From an uncultured Eubacteriales bacterium (lineage in GTDB: Bacteria > Bacillota > Clostridia > TANB77 > CAG-508), in the NCBI GenBank assembly GCA_902787685.1, contig CADAHH010000003.1, positions 113,472 to 177,471 of the forward strand: a DNA stretch of 64,000 nucleotides, given 5' to 3'. The notes beneath the pieces are model-generated. The model was not told the DNA's origin. It saw only the letters and a program-made list of their open reading frames with translations, and made no database searches. Both the position numbers and the translations under genes were made by a program. This document shows positions 47,900-59,072 of this stretch, piece by piece (position 1 is the first letter of the stretch; every line of letters begins with the position of its first letter).

Positions 47900-49084
47900 A
47901 TGAATAGAAAAAAAGAATTAAAAATTATAGTATTATTAATATCAATTTTAGTTATAATATCTTTAGTTATTATTACAACCAAAAAAATAATTAAAAATCA
48001 AAAAACAGAAGATAGTAAAATAATGTCCACTTTTTCAGAAACAGTTGATGAGCCAAATAATGTAGATGAAGAAAGTGCTGATGTAGCAGAAGATGAAGAT
48101 TCTGAGTTTGAAATGGTTGATCCAGAAGACACAAGCTGGGATGAAGAAGCAGAAGATACAAAAGTAGATGAAAAAGAAGAGAAAAAAGCAAAAACAACTA
48201 GCACAGCTCAATATTATATAAAAATAAATTATACTTCAAATGTTGTTACAATATATACAAAAGATGCAGAAGGAAATTATACTGTTCCAGTAAAGGCATT
48301 AGTATGTTCAACAGGAGTTGCAACACCAACATCTGGAGTATATAAAATGAGTAATAAATATAGATGGCATTTACTAAATGGTGGAGTATATGGTCAATAT
48401 TGTACAAGAATTACAGGGCATATTTTGTTTCATTCTGTACCATATTCTTCAAATTCTCCTGATAGCTTAAAATATACAGCTTATGATAAATTGGGAACAA
48501 AGGCATCAGCTGGTTGTATCAGACTTACAGTTCAAGATGCAATGTGGATTTATAATAATTGCTCAAGTGGAACATATGTTGAATTTTATGGGACATCAGA
48601 CCCAGGACCTCTTGGAAAACCATCAGCTAGAAAAATTTCTTCAAATGTAGAATGTAGAAATTGGGATCCAACAGATCCTGATCCAAAAAATCCATGGAAT
48701 GGATATGTAGAACCTGTAAAAACAGAAAATGTACAAGAGGTTGAAAAAGCTGAAGAAAAAACTGTTATAAAAGAAGAAAATACAACAAGTAATAAACAAA
48801 ATGAATCATCAAATACACAAGTTGAGACAAATACAGAGAATAGTATAAATTCTAATACTACTAACAACACAAATACATCTACAAACACAGACCAAAAAAC
48901 AGAAACAAATACAAATACTAATTCAAGTCAAAATACGAATAATGAAAAGCCAAAAGAAACAAATGAAGACAACACTAATAAACAAATTTCTAATAATCAA
49001 GAAAAAGAAGATAAAGATAAAAATACAAATAAAGAAACCACAAATGAGTCTGATGATTTAAATAATACGGTTCAAAATAATTAA
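47900..49084 (+). CDS. L,D-transpeptidase (YkuD domain) with an acidic N-terminal linker and a Thr/Asn-rich C-terminal tail
   Basis: GHILFHSVPY....GTKASAGCIRLTVQDAMWIYNN is a catalytic His/Cys motif. N-terminal TM. Low-complexity NTNTSTNTDQKTETNTNTN tail. Confidence 0.8.
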   Translation: MNRKKELKIIVLLISILVIISLVIITTKKIIKNQKTEDSKIMSTFSETVDEPNNVDEESADVAEDEDSEFEMVDPEDTSWDEEAEDTKVDEKEEKKAKTTSTAQYYIKINYTSNVVTIYTKDAEGNYTVPVKALVCSTGVATPTSGVYKMSNKYRWHLLNGGVYGQYCTRITGHILFHSVPYSSNSPDSLKYTAYDKLGTKASAGCIRLTVQDAMWIYNNCSSGTYVEFYGTSDPGPLGKPSARKISSNVECRNWDPTDPDPKNPWNGYVEPVKTENVQEVEKAEEKTVIKEENTTSNKQNESSNTQVETNTENSINSNTTNNTNTSTNTDQKTETNTNTNSSQNTNNEKPKETNEDNTNKQISNNQEKEDKDKNTNKETTNESDDLNNTVQNN

Positions 49085-49120
49085 TATATAAAAAAATAAA
49101 AAAGAAAGGTGTGTGTTATT

Positions 49121-50782
49121 ATGACTGATGTAGAAATCGCAAGAAATACAAAATTGGAGGATATTACAGAAATAGCTAAAAAATGTAACTTAAATGCTGA
49201 TGAAATTGAACAATATGGAAAGTATAAAGCAAAAATAAATGAAAAAGCATTTGAAAGACTTAAAAATAATGAGAATGGAAAATTAATTCTAGTTACAGCA
49301 ATGAATCCAACACCACTTGGTGAAGGAAAAACAACAATATCTATTGCAGTTGCAGATGGTTTAAATAGATTAAACAAAAATGCTGTACTTGCATTAAGAG
49401 AGCCATCATTAGGACCAGTTTTTGGAATAAAAGGTGGAGCAACAGGTGGAGGAAAGGTGCAAGTTGCACCAATGGAAGATATTAATCTTCATTTTACAGG
49501 AGATATCCACGCAATTACAGCTGCCAATAATTTATTATCTGCAATAATAGATAATCATATTTATTTTGGAAATGAGCTAAAAATTAAACAAGTAACATGG
49601 AAAAGATGTGTAGACTTAAATGATAGACAATTAAGAAAAGTTGAAACAGGATTATCAGGAGAAAAAAATATTGTACCTAGAGAAGACGGATTTGACATTA
49701 CAGTTGCATCAGAGATAATGGCTATTTTATGCTTATCAAAAGATTTAGCAGATTTAAGAAAAAGACTTGGTAGTATCATTATTGGTTATAATGAAGAAAA
49801 TGCTCCTGTTTATGCAAAAGACTTAAAGGCAGAAGGGGCTATGGCTGTTTTATTAAAAGATGCAATCAATCCAAATTTAGTACAATCATTAGAACATACA
49901 CCTTGTATTATTCATGGTGGACCTTTTGCAAATATTGCACATGGATGTAATTCTGTTAGAGCAACAACACTTGCATTAAAACTTGGAGACTATGTTGTTA
50001 CAGAAGCTGGATTCGGTTCTGATTTAGGTGCTGAGAAATTTATGGACATTAAATGTAGAAAAACAGGATTAAGACCAAATGTGGTTGTAATAGTTGCAAC
50101 AATAAAGGCTTTAAAATATCATGGTGGAGCATTAAAAGAAAATATTTTAGAAAAAAATGATGAAGCTTTATCAAATGGAATGGAAAATCTATTTAAACAT
50201 ATACATAATATAAAAAATGAATTTGGTGTTAATGTAATTGTAGCATTAAACAAATATAATACTGATACAGATGAAGAAATAGAATATGTAAGAAGTGAAT
50301 TAAAAAAACAAGATGTTGAATTAAGTCTTGTTGAAGGATGGGCAAAAGGTGGAGAAGGTGCAATTGATATTGCTGAAAAAGTTGTTCAATTAGCTGATAA
50401 ACCTACTAATTTCAATTTTATATATGAAGACAATGATTCTATAAAAACAAAGATTGAAAAAGTTGCTAAAAAAATATATGGTGCAACAGGAGTAAAATAT
50501 TTAGATGAGGCTATTCAGAATATAGAAAAAATAGAAAAATTTGGAAAATCAAATTTACCAATTTGTATTGCAAAAACACAGTATTCTTTATCTGATGATG
50601 ATAAAAATTTAGAATGTAAAGAACCATTTGAAATTACAGTAAGAGATGTAGCACTTAAAAATGGTGCAGAATTTATAGTTGTATATAGTGGTAAAATTCT
50701 TACAATGCCAGGTCTTCCAAAAGTACCTGCAGCAGAAAGTATTAATTTTGATGAAAATGGAAATGTGGTTGGAATATTCTAG
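49121..50782 (+). CDS. fhs: Formate--tetrahydrofolate ligase
   Basis: TPLGEGKTT, REPSLGPVFGIKGGATGGG, GGPFANIAHGCNS. The start is at ATG 49121 after 'aaaggtg'; the track ORF uses GTG at 49109. Confidence 0.9.
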   Translation: MTDVEIARNTKLEDITEIAKKCNLNADEIEQYGKYKAKINEKAFERLKNNENGKLILVTAMNPTPLGEGKTTISIAVADGLNRLNKNAVLALREPSLGPVFGIKGGATGGGKVQVAPMEDINLHFTGDIHAITAANNLLSAIIDNHIYFGNELKIKQVTWKRCVDLNDRQLRKVETGLSGEKNIVPREDGFDITVASEIMAILCLSKDLADLRKRLGSIIIGYNEENAPVYAKDLKAEGAMAVLLKDAINPNLVQSLEHTPCIIHGGPFANIAHGCNSVRATTLALKLGDYVVTEAGFGSDLGAEKFMDIKCRKTGLRPNVVVIVATIKALKYHGGALKENILEKNDEALSNGMENLFKHIHNIKNEFGVNVIVALNKYNTDTDEEIEYVRSELKKQDVELSLVEGWAKGGEGAIDIAEKVVQLADKPTNFNFIYEDNDSIKTKIEKVAKKIYGATGVKYLDEAIQNIEKIEKFGKSNLPICIAKTQYSLSDDDKNLECKEPFEITVRDVALKNGAEFIVVYSGKILTMPGLPKVPAAESINFDENGNVVGIF

Positions 50783-50859
50783 CCACTTCCGACCTCAAAA
50801 TTTTCCTTAAATATAAAATTCTTAAATAATTATAATTCAAGAAATGGAGATTAATAATA

Positions 50860-51906
50860 ATGAACAATAATAGTTTCAGTGAAAGTTACAAAAATGCAGG
50901 GGTAGATGTTACAGCAGGATATAAATCAGTTGAACTAATGAAAAAAAGTGTTGAAAGTACATATACTAAAAGTGTATTGTCTGGAATAGGGGGCTTTGGA
51001 GCTCTTTATTCTTTAAGTGATTTTAAAGAGATGAAAGAACCAATTTTAGTTTCAGGTACAGATGGTGTTGGAACAAAACTAAAATTGGCTTTTTTAATGC
51101 AAAAACATGACACAGTTGGACAAGACTGTGTTGCAATGTGTGTAAATGATATAATTTGTGTTGGTGCAAAACCACTATTCTTTTTAGACTATATGGCATT
51201 AGGTAAAAATGTACCTGAGGTAGTTGCAACAATTGTAAAAGGTGTTAGTGATGGATGTAAAATGGCTGAATGTAGTTTAATTGGTGGAGAAACAGCAGAA
51301 ATGCCTGGATTTTACCCAGAAGATGAATATGATTTAGCAGGATTTTCTGTAGGTGTTGTTGATAAAGAAAAAATCATAGATTCAAATAAAATTCAAGTGG
51401 GAGATGTTGTTATAGGTTTAGCATCATCAGGAGTTCATTCAAATGGCTTTTCACTAGTTAGAAAAGTATTTGATGTTAATAAAGAAAATTTAAACCAATA
51501 TATTGAAGAACTTGGAACAACTTTAGGAGAATGTTTATTGACTCCTACAAAAATATATGTAAAGCCAGTTTTAGAATTAATTGATAAAATTGAAGTAAAA
51601 GGTATTTCACATATTACTGGAGGAGGCTTTTATGAGAATATGCCTAGAATGTTAAGAGATGGAGTAGGAATTAAAATTGATAAAAACTCATATGAAGTTC
51701 CAGCAATATTTAAGCTTATCCAAAGCAAAGGTAACATTCCGGAAAGAGATATGTATAATACATTCAATATGGGAATTGGAATGGCAATTATAGTACAGAA
51801 AGAAGATGCAGAAAATGCAGTTAAAATATTAAAAGAACAAGGAGAAAAAGCATACATTATTGGAGGAGTAATTGAAGGAAATAAGAATATTGAAATTGAT
51901 GTATGA
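50860..51906 (+). CDS. purM: Phosphoribosylformylglycinamidine cyclo-ligase (AIR synthetase)
   Basis: [43 protein letters not shown]. Confidence 0.9.
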   Translation: MNNNSFSESYKNAGVDVTAGYKSVELMKKSVESTYTKSVLSGIGGFGALYSLSDFKEMKEPILVSGTDGVGTKLKLAFLMQKHDTVGQDCVAMCVNDIICVGAKPLFFLDYMALGKNVPEVVATIVKGVSDGCKMAECSLIGGETAEMPGFYPEDEYDLAGFSVGVVDKEKIIDSNKIQVGDVVIGLASSGVHSNGFSLVRKVFDVNKENLNQYIEELGTTLGECLLTPTKIYVKPVLELIDKIEVKGISHITGGGFYENMPRMLRDGVGIKIDKNSYEVPAIFKLIQSKGNIPERDMYNTFNMGIGMAIIVQKEDAENAVKILKEQGEKAYIIGGVIEGNKNIEIDV

Positions 51907-51942
51907 GAAGTGAGATGTAGGAAGTGAGAAAGGAGTAAAAAA

Positions 51943-54900
51943 ATGGTTAGACGAATTTATGTTAAAAAGAAAAATGGTTTTGATATTGAAGCAAAAGGAG
52001 TTTTAAATGACTTAAAAGAAAATCTTCAAATAAAAGAATTAGAAGATGTTATCATACTTAATAGATATGATGTAGAAGGTGTAGAAGATAGTGATTTTGA
52101 TAAAGCAAAAACTACTATTTTTTCTGAACCTCAAGTAGATGACTATTTTGAAGATGAATATGATTTTACAGGATACAAAGTATTTGGTATAGAGTTTTTA
52201 CCAGGACAATTTGATCAAAGAGCAAATTCTTTATCAGAATGTTTACAAATATTAACAGAAGGAGAAAGACCAACTGCTAAAACAGCTAAAATATATCTTT
52301 TAAAAGGTAATCTAACAGATATACAAGTTGATAAAATAAAAAAGTATTTAATAAACCCAGTAGATTCAAGAGAATGTTCATTAGATAAAGTAGATACTCT
52401 AAAAGACAAGTTACAAATCCCTGAGGATGTTGATGTAGTTGAAGGTTTCATTAATATGACAGATGAAGATTGTGAAAAATTCTATAAAAAATACGGATTT
52501 GCAATGGATATAAAAGACTTAAAATTCTGTCAAAACTATTTTAAAAATACAGAAAAAAGAGATCCCACAATTACTGAAATGAAGATGATTGATACATATT
52601 GGTCTGACCATTGTAGACACACTACATTCTTAACAAAGTTAGAAGTAATAGATATCAAATGGGACTTATTATCAAAAGTATATGAAGAGTATGTAAAATC
52701 AAGAGATTTTGTATATGAAGGGAAAAAAGCAAAAGATATTTGTTTAATGGATATTGCAACTATTGCAGTAAAAGATTTGAAAAAACAAGGTTATTTAAAA
52801 GATATTGATGAATCTGAAGAAATAAATGCATGTTCAATAAAAGCTGAAATACTTGTTGATGGTAAACCAGAAGAGTATTTAATAATGTTCAAAAATGAAA
52901 CACATAACCATCCAACAGAAATAGAGCCTTTCGGAGGAGCTGCAACTTGTCTTGGAGGAGCAATTAGAGATCCACTTTCAGGAAGAGTATATGTATATCA
53001 AGCAATGAGAGTTACAGGATGTGCTGACCCAAGAAAATCAATTGAGGAAACACTTCCAAATAAATTACCTCAAAGAAAAATAACAAATGAGGCAGCAAGA
53101 GGATATAGCTCTTATGGAAATCAAATAGGTTTAGCAACAGGACAGGTTAGTGAAATCTATCATGAAGGATATGTTGCAAAAAGACTTGAAATTGGAGCAT
53201 TAATTGGAGCTGCACCAAAGAAAAACGTAGTTAGAACTAGACCAGAGCCTGGAGATATAGTTATTTTACTTGGTGGAAAAACAGGACGTGATGGATGTGG
53301 AGGAGCAACAGGCTCTTCAAAAGCTCATACAAGTGAATCATTAACAACCTGTGGTGCAGAGGTTCAAAAAGGAAATGCACCAGAAGAAAGAAAAATCCAA
53401 AGATTATTTAGAGAAAATAAAGTTACTAGATTAATTAAAAGATGTAATGACTTTGGTGCAGGAGGAGTTTCAGTTGCAATAGGTGAACTTGCTGATGGAT
53501 TAGAAATAAACTTAGATAAAGTTCCTAAAAAATATGAGGGACTTGATGGAACAGAACTTGCAATTTCAGAATCACAAGAAAGAATGGCAGTTGTAGTTGC
53601 TGAAAAGGATGTAAAAGAATTTATAAATTATGCTGAAGAAGAAAATATAGAGGCTACAATAGTTGCTAAAGTTACAGAAGAGAAAAGACTAAAAATGTAT
53701 TGGAGAGGAAAACTAATTGTAGACATTTCTAGAGAGTTTTTAGATACTAATGGAGATGTAAAAAATGCAAATATAGAAGTTAAAAAACCTGATTATACAA
53801 AGAGCCCTTTAAACAAAGAAAATCCAGCAAATATAGCTGAAGAATGGAAGAAAACAATATCTAGTTTAAATTGTTGTTCTCAAAAAGGTTTAGTAGAAAG
53901 ATTTGATAGTACAATAGGTGCAAATACAGTTGTTATGCCATTTGGAGGAAAATATCAACTAACTCCAGCAGAAGGAATGGTAGCGAGAATTCCAACATTA
54001 AAAGGATATACAAATACAGGAACAATTATGTCTTTTGGATATAATCCATATATATCAACATTTAGCCCATTCCATGGAGCAATGTATGCTGTAGTTGAAT
54101 CTGTTACAAAATATGTAGCACTTGGTGGAGACTACAAAAAAGCATATTTAACATTCCAAGAATATTTTGAAAAATTAAGAAATGAACCAATCAGATGGGG
54201 TAAGCCATTTTCAGCTTTATTAGGTGCATATCTTGTACAAAAAGAACTTAAAATTGGTTCAATTGGTGGAAAAGACAGTATGTCTGGTTCTTATAATGAA
54301 TTAGATGTACCACCTACACTTGTATCATTTGCAGTTGGAACAGTTGATATAAACAAAGTCGTATCAAATGAATTCAAAAAAACAGATTCAAAGGTATTAA
54401 TATTAAAAACTAAAATTGGTGAGGAAGAAGTAATTGATTTTGAAGATTTAAAAGAGAATTATGAAATAGTTCACAAATTGATAAATGATGGAAAAGCATT
54501 ATCAATAGGAACAATTAAAGCTGGAGGAATTGCAGAAGCAATCACAAAAGCATGTATAGGAAATAAAATAGGTTTCAAATTTGAAACTAAAGAACAATAC
54601 TTTAAACAATATTATGGTTCATTCATAATAGAAGTTGAAAAAGATGTAAATGTTGAAAAGACTGAAGTTTTAGGATACACAACTAGAGATAATAATATCG
54701 TTGTAGAAAATGAAGTATTAGATTTAGATGAGATTACTAAAGCATGGAAAGAGCCTTTAGAGAAAGTATTCCCAACAAAGGCAGAATCTAAATTTTCAAA
54801 AATAGAAAATATCTTAAGTGATAAAAAATGTAATATTATTGCACATACAAAATTTGCTGCACCAAGAGTATTTATACCAGTATTTCCAGGAACAAACTGT

Positions 54901-55656
54901 GAATATGATTCTAGTAAAGCATTTGAAGATGCAGGTGCAATAACAGATACATTAGTATTTAAAAACTTAAAACCTCAAGATATTACAGATACAATCTATG
55001 AAATGGAAAAAAGAATAAATCAAGCACAAATAATAATGTTCCCAGGAGGATTCAGTTCTGGAGATGAGCCAGATGGATCTGGAAAATTTATTGCAACAGT
55101 ATTTAGAAATCAAAGACTTAAAGAAGCAATAAATAAACACTTATATGAACAAGATGGATTAATACTTGGAATATGTAATGGCTTCCAAGCATTAATAAAA
55201 CTTGGATTAGTTCCTGAAGGAAAAATAGTTGAAATGACAGAAAATAGTCCAACACTTACATTTAATACTATTTCAAGACATGTATCAACAATGGTTAAAA
55301 CTAAAGTTGTTTCAAAATTATCACCATGGTTTAACAAAGTTGAACTTGGAGAAGAATTTATTATTCCTGTATCACACGGAGAAGGTAGATTTATAGCAAA
55401 TGAAGAAACACTAAACAGATTAATAGCTAATGGACAAGTTGCTACACAATATGTGGATTTTGATGGGAATGCTACTTATGACATTAACTTTAACCCAAAT
55501 AACTCAATATATGCAATAGAAGGAATAACAAGCCCAGATGGTAGAGTTTTAGGAAAAATGGGACATTCTGAAAGATGTTATTCTGGAATACTAAAGAACA
55601 TCCCTGGAAATAAAGACCAAAAAATCTTTGAATCTGGAGTAGAGTATTTTAAATAG
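51943..55656 (+). CDS. purL: Phosphoribosylformylglycinamidine synthase, single-chain large form
   Basis: 1237 aa. ETHNHPTEIEPFGGAATCLGGAIRD, GGKTGRDGCGGATGSS, and a C-terminal glutaminase domain with LGICNGFQAL and HGEGRF. Confidence 0.9.
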   Translation: MVRRIYVKKKNGFDIEAKGVLNDLKENLQIKELEDVIILNRYDVEGVEDSDFDKAKTTIFSEPQVDDYFEDEYDFTGYKVFGIEFLPGQFDQRANSLSECLQILTEGERPTAKTAKIYLLKGNLTDIQVDKIKKYLINPVDSRECSLDKVDTLKDKLQIPEDVDVVEGFINMTDEDCEKFYKKYGFAMDIKDLKFCQNYFKNTEKRDPTITEMKMIDTYWSDHCRHTTFLTKLEVIDIKWDLLSKVYEEYVKSRDFVYEGKKAKDICLMDIATIAVKDLKKQGYLKDIDESEEINACSIKAEILVDGKPEEYLIMFKNETHNHPTEIEPFGGAATCLGGAIRDPLSGRVYVYQAMRVTGCADPRKSIEETLPNKLPQRKITNEAARGYSSYGNQIGLATGQVSEIYHEGYVAKRLEIGALIGAAPKKNVVRTRPEPGDIVILLGGKTGRDGCGGATGSSKAHTSESLTTCGAEVQKGNAPEERKIQRLFRENKVTRLIKRCNDFGAGGVSVAIGELADGLEINLDKVPKKYEGLDGTELAISESQERMAVVVAEKDVKEFINYAEEENIEATIVAKVTEEKRLKMYWRGKLIVDISREFLDTNGDVKNANIEVKKPDYTKSPLNKENPANIAEEWKKTISSLNCCSQKGLVERFDSTIGANTVVMPFGGKYQLTPAEGMVARIPTLKGYTNTGTIMSFGYNPYISTFSPFHGAMYAVVESVTKYVALGGDYKKAYLTFQEYFEKLRNEPIRWGKPFSALLGAYLVQKELKIGSIGGKDSMSGSYNELDVPPTLVSFAVGTVDINKVVSNEFKKTDSKVLILKTKIGEEEVIDFEDLKENYEIVHKLINDGKALSIGTIKAGGIAEAITKACIGNKIGFKFETKEQYFKQYYGSFIIEVEKDVNVEKTEVLGYTTRDNNIVVENEVLDLDEITKAWKEPLEKVFPTKAESKFSKIENILSDKKCNIIAHTKFAAPRVFIPVFPGTNCEYDSSKAFEDAGAITDTLVFKNLKPQDITDTIYEMEKRINQAQIIMFPGGFSSGDEPDGSGKFIATVFRNQRLKEAINKHLYEQDGLILGICNGFQALIKLGLVPEGKIVEMTENSPTLTFNTISRHVSTMVKTKVVSKLSPWFNKVELGEEFIIPVSHGEGRFIANEETLNRLIANGQVATQYVDFDGNATYDINFNPNNSIYAIEGITSPDGRVLGKMGHSERCYSGILKNIPGNKDQKIFESGVEYFK

Positions 55657-55669
55657 AAAGGAAAGAATT

Positions 55670-57103
55670 ATGGAAAATGGCATATATAATACACCATTAT
55701 CTGGTCGCTATCCAAGCAAAGAAATGAATGCTCTATGGTCAAATGACAGCAAATACTCAACATGGAGAAAACTATGGGTAGCACTAGCTGAAACAGAAAA
55801 AGAGCTAGGAATAGAAATAACAGATGAACAAATAAGCCAAATGAAAGAAAATATAAACAATATAGATTATGATGTAGTTGCAAAAAGAGAAGCAGAATGT
55901 AGACATGATGTTATGGCACATGTTTATGAATTTGGTACAAAAGCTCCACTTGCAAAGCCTATAATACATTTAGGAGCAACATCATGTTATGTAACTGATA
56001 ATACTGATATTATATTAATGACACAAGGATTAAGACTAATCAAACAAAAATTAATATTAGTTATAAATAATCTAAAAGAATTTGCATTAAAAAATAAAGA
56101 TGTTGTATGTTTAGGATATACACATTTTCAACCAGCACAACTAACAACAGTTGGAAAAAGAGCAACTCTATGGCTTCAAGATTTAGTTGAAGATTTAGAA
56201 GAATTAGAATTTGTTGAAAGCCACATGAAATTACTAGGGTGTAAAGGAACAACTGGAACACAAGAAAGCTTTATGAAATTATTTAAAGATGAAGAAAAAG
56301 TTAAACAAATAGATAGTAAAATAGCTGAAAAGATGGGATTTGATAAAGTATTTGGTGTGTCAGGGCAAACATATACAAGAAAAGTAGATTCAAGAGTATT
56401 AAATGTATTAGCTTCAATTGCAGAAAGTGCATCAAAATTTGCAAATGATATGAGATTACTTCAACATGAAAAAGAATTAGAAGAACCATTTGAAAAAAGT
56501 CAAATAGGGTCTTCAGCAATGGCATATAAAAGAAACCCTATGAGATCAGAAAGAATAAACTCATTATCAAGACATGTTATAGCATTAAAAATGGACCCAT
56601 CAATAACAACAGCTACTCAATGGTTAGAAAGAACATTAGATGATTCTGCAAATAAAAGAATTTGTATACCAGAAGCATTTTTAGCGGTTGATAGTATACT
56701 TATTTTATATGGAAATATTTCTAAAAACATTGTAGTTTATGAAAATGTAATTAGAACAAATTTAATGCAAGAATTACCATTTATGGCAACAGAAGAAATT
56801 TTAATGAATGCAGTTTTAAAAGGTGGAGATAGACAAGAATTACATGAAAAAATAAGAGTTCATTCAATGGAAGCTGCAAAACAAGTAAAACAATTTGGAA
56901 AGCCAAATGATTTAATAGAAAGAATAGAAAAAGATGAATCATTTGGATTAACCAAAGAAGAGATTGAAAATGCCTTAAATCCAAGCAACTTATGTGGAAG
57001 AGCTCCACATCAGGTAGAAGAATATATAGAAAACTCAGTAAATCCTGTAACTCAAAAATATGAGGATTTAATAAAGGATATTAATGTAGAGGTAAAGGTG
57101 TAA
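55670..57103 (+). CDS. purB: Adenylosuccinate lyase
   Basis: 477 aa. GYTHFQPAQLTTVGKR, GSSAMAYKRNPMRSE (fumarate-lyase signature). Confidence 0.9.
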   Translation: MENGIYNTPLSGRYPSKEMNALWSNDSKYSTWRKLWVALAETEKELGIEITDEQISQMKENINNIDYDVVAKREAECRHDVMAHVYEFGTKAPLAKPIIHLGATSCYVTDNTDIILMTQGLRLIKQKLILVINNLKEFALKNKDVVCLGYTHFQPAQLTTVGKRATLWLQDLVEDLEELEFVESHMKLLGCKGTTGTQESFMKLFKDEEKVKQIDSKIAEKMGFDKVFGVSGQTYTRKVDSRVLNVLASIAESASKFANDMRLLQHEKELEEPFEKSQIGSSAMAYKRNPMRSERINSLSRHVIALKMDPSITTATQWLERTLDDSANKRICIPEAFLAVDSILILYGNISKNIVVYENVIRTNLMQELPFMATEEILMNAVLKGGDRQELHEKIRVHSMEAAKQVKQFGKPNDLIERIEKDESFGLTKEEIENALNPSNLCGRAPHQVEEYIENSVNPVTQKYEDLIKDINVEVKV

Positions 57104-57161
57104 AACATTGTAAGAATCGTAAATATAAACGATTCTTACAAAATTATTTTAGGAGAAAATT

Positions 57162-58877
57162 TTGAAAAAGGTTATAATAGATTTGCTTAAAAAGTTTAAA
57201 TTGCATATTTTAGGAGTTTCAATACTAATAGTTATTGTAAATATTAGTAGATTTTTTCCTGCGAAAATTTTGGGTAAAATTATAGATTTATATCCAAACG
57301 CTAAGGATAATATGCAAGCAATAATTAAGTATTTTCTTCTATTCACTAGTATAGTATTTGCAGATGTTGTATTAAGAATGTTTTGGAGTTATTTTAGAAA
57401 AAAACTGTTTTTTAGTTTTGAAAAAAATCTAAAAGACAGAATTTTTTCGCGCTTTTTGAAATTAAAAACCATTGGTTTACAAAAAACAAAAAATGGAGAA
57501 TTAATGAGCTATTTGACTAAATACACTATTGACATAAGAAAAGGTTTTTCAAGTTTTGTTTGTGATTTTATCAGACCAGTAATAATATTAGTATTACTTT
57601 TAATACTAATGCTTCAAATCAACATAAAATTAACTATACTAGTATTTATACCAATGATAATTGATAGCATAATAATTATTATATTAAAAGAAATAATAAA
57701 AAATAAACAGGAAAAAGCTCAAAAAGCATATACCAAATTATCAGAATTTGTACAAGAAAGTACAGATTCAATAAGAATAACCAAGGCATTTAATGGAGAA
57801 GAAATAAATATTAAAACTTTTAAAGAGAAATCAAAAAAATTGAAAAAAGCTAATATTGATGTCTCAGTTTACTCAGCATTATTATATATCTCAATATTTA
57901 CATGTTTTGGTATTTGTTATGGAATTAGTGCAATTTATGGAACTAAATTAGTTGCGGCAAATTTTGTAACAGTTGGTGAATTTATAGTATTTAATAGTTT
58001 TATAAATGAGATGTTTTGGCCTTTAATATGGTTTCCAAGATTAATAACTAATATGAAAAATGCACAAGTAGCTGTTTTAAAATTGGATGAATTTTACAAA
58101 TTGCCTACAGAGTCTTTGAGTGAACCAAGACAAATAATAAATGGAGATATAAAAATTGAGAATTTAACCTTTAAACATATTGACAATAAAAAGGCATTAA
58201 AGAATATTAATATAAAATTAAAACAAGGACAAACTCTTGGAATTATTGGAACAATTGGAAGCGGAAAGACTACAATTGCAAATGTATTATTAAAATTATA
58301 TGATATAGATAATAATCAAGTTTTTATAGATGGAAAAGATATAAATCAAATAAATACATATGAACTTAGAGATAGTTTTTGTTACATAACACAAGAAAGT
58401 TTTTTATTTTCAGATACAATTAAAAATAATATCACATTATTTAATGATAAATTTACTGATGAACAAATTCTAGAAAGTGTAAAATATGCTTGTTTAGAAG
58501 AAGATATAAATAATATGGAAAATGGCATAGAAACAATTATTGGAGAAAAAGGTATTACATTATCAGGAGGGCAAAGGCAGAGAGTAGCAATCGCAAGAGC
58601 ATTTTTATATAATCAAAATTTAATAATATTTGATGATTCTTTTTCTGCAATAGATAATAAAACAGAAAAAATTATATTAAAAAATATTAAAGAAGTACTA
58701 AAAGACAAGACATGTATCATTATTTCAAATAGAATTTCAGATGTAAACTTTGCAGATAATATCATTGTTTTAGATGAAGGACAAATTGTCCAAGAAGGAA
58801 AACATGAAGAATTAATTACCCAAGATGGATTATATAGGCATTTTTATAATCAGCAGAGTTTGATGAATGTGTCATAA
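57162..58877 (+). CDS. ABC exporter, fused permease/ATPase (heterodimeric multidrug-type, subunit 1)
   Basis: Six-TM N-terminal domain. GTIGSGKTT, LSGGQRQRVAIARA, IIFDDSFSAID. TTG start after 'taggagaaaat'. Confidence 0.85.
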   Translation: MKKVIIDLLKKFKLHILGVSILIVIVNISRFFPAKILGKIIDLYPNAKDNMQAIIKYFLLFTSIVFADVVLRMFWSYFRKKLFFSFEKNLKDRIFSRFLKLKTIGLQKTKNGELMSYLTKYTIDIRKGFSSFVCDFIRPVIILVLLLILMLQINIKLTILVFIPMIIDSIIIIILKEIIKNKQEKAQKAYTKLSEFVQESTDSIRITKAFNGEEINIKTFKEKSKKLKKANIDVSVYSALLYISIFTCFGICYGISAIYGTKLVAANFVTVGEFIVFNSFINEMFWPLIWFPRLITNMKNAQVAVLKLDEFYKLPTESLSEPRQIINGDIKIENLTFKHIDNKKALKNINIKLKQGQTLGIIGTIGSGKTTIANVLLKLYDIDNNQVFIDGKDINQINTYELRDSFCYITQESFLFSDTIKNNITLFNDKFTDEQILESVKYACLEEDINNMENGIETIIGEKGITLSGGQRQRVAIARAFLYNQNLIIFDDSFSAIDNKTEKIILKNIKEVLKDKTCIIISNRISDVNFADNIIVLDEGQIVQEGKHEELITQDGLYRHFYNQQSLMNVS

Positions 58878-59010
58878 ATTTAGGCGTTTTTAGAAGAAGA
58901 TTCGTCACTCTTATAAATATATATTTTATCATTCTACATTCTAAAATATATATTTATAAGATTGATATTAAGAATCCGACCTTTAATCTCCGACTTCATA
59001 CATCTAAATT
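58877..59010. repeat. Foldback element, family E, in the spacer between the two ABC exporter genes
   Basis: Outer ends aatttag / ctaaatt. Perfect 18-bp inner stem cttataaatatatatttt / aaaatatatatttataag (58910-58927 / 58943-58960) with a 15-nt loop. The arms carry GC-richer blocks (ggcgttttt..., gaatccgacc...ctccgacttc). Confidence 0.6.
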
Positions 59011-59072
59011 CAACTATTCTCAATAATTAGATTCAGTATAAAATATAGATTATTATAAAAAGGGAGAAAGTA

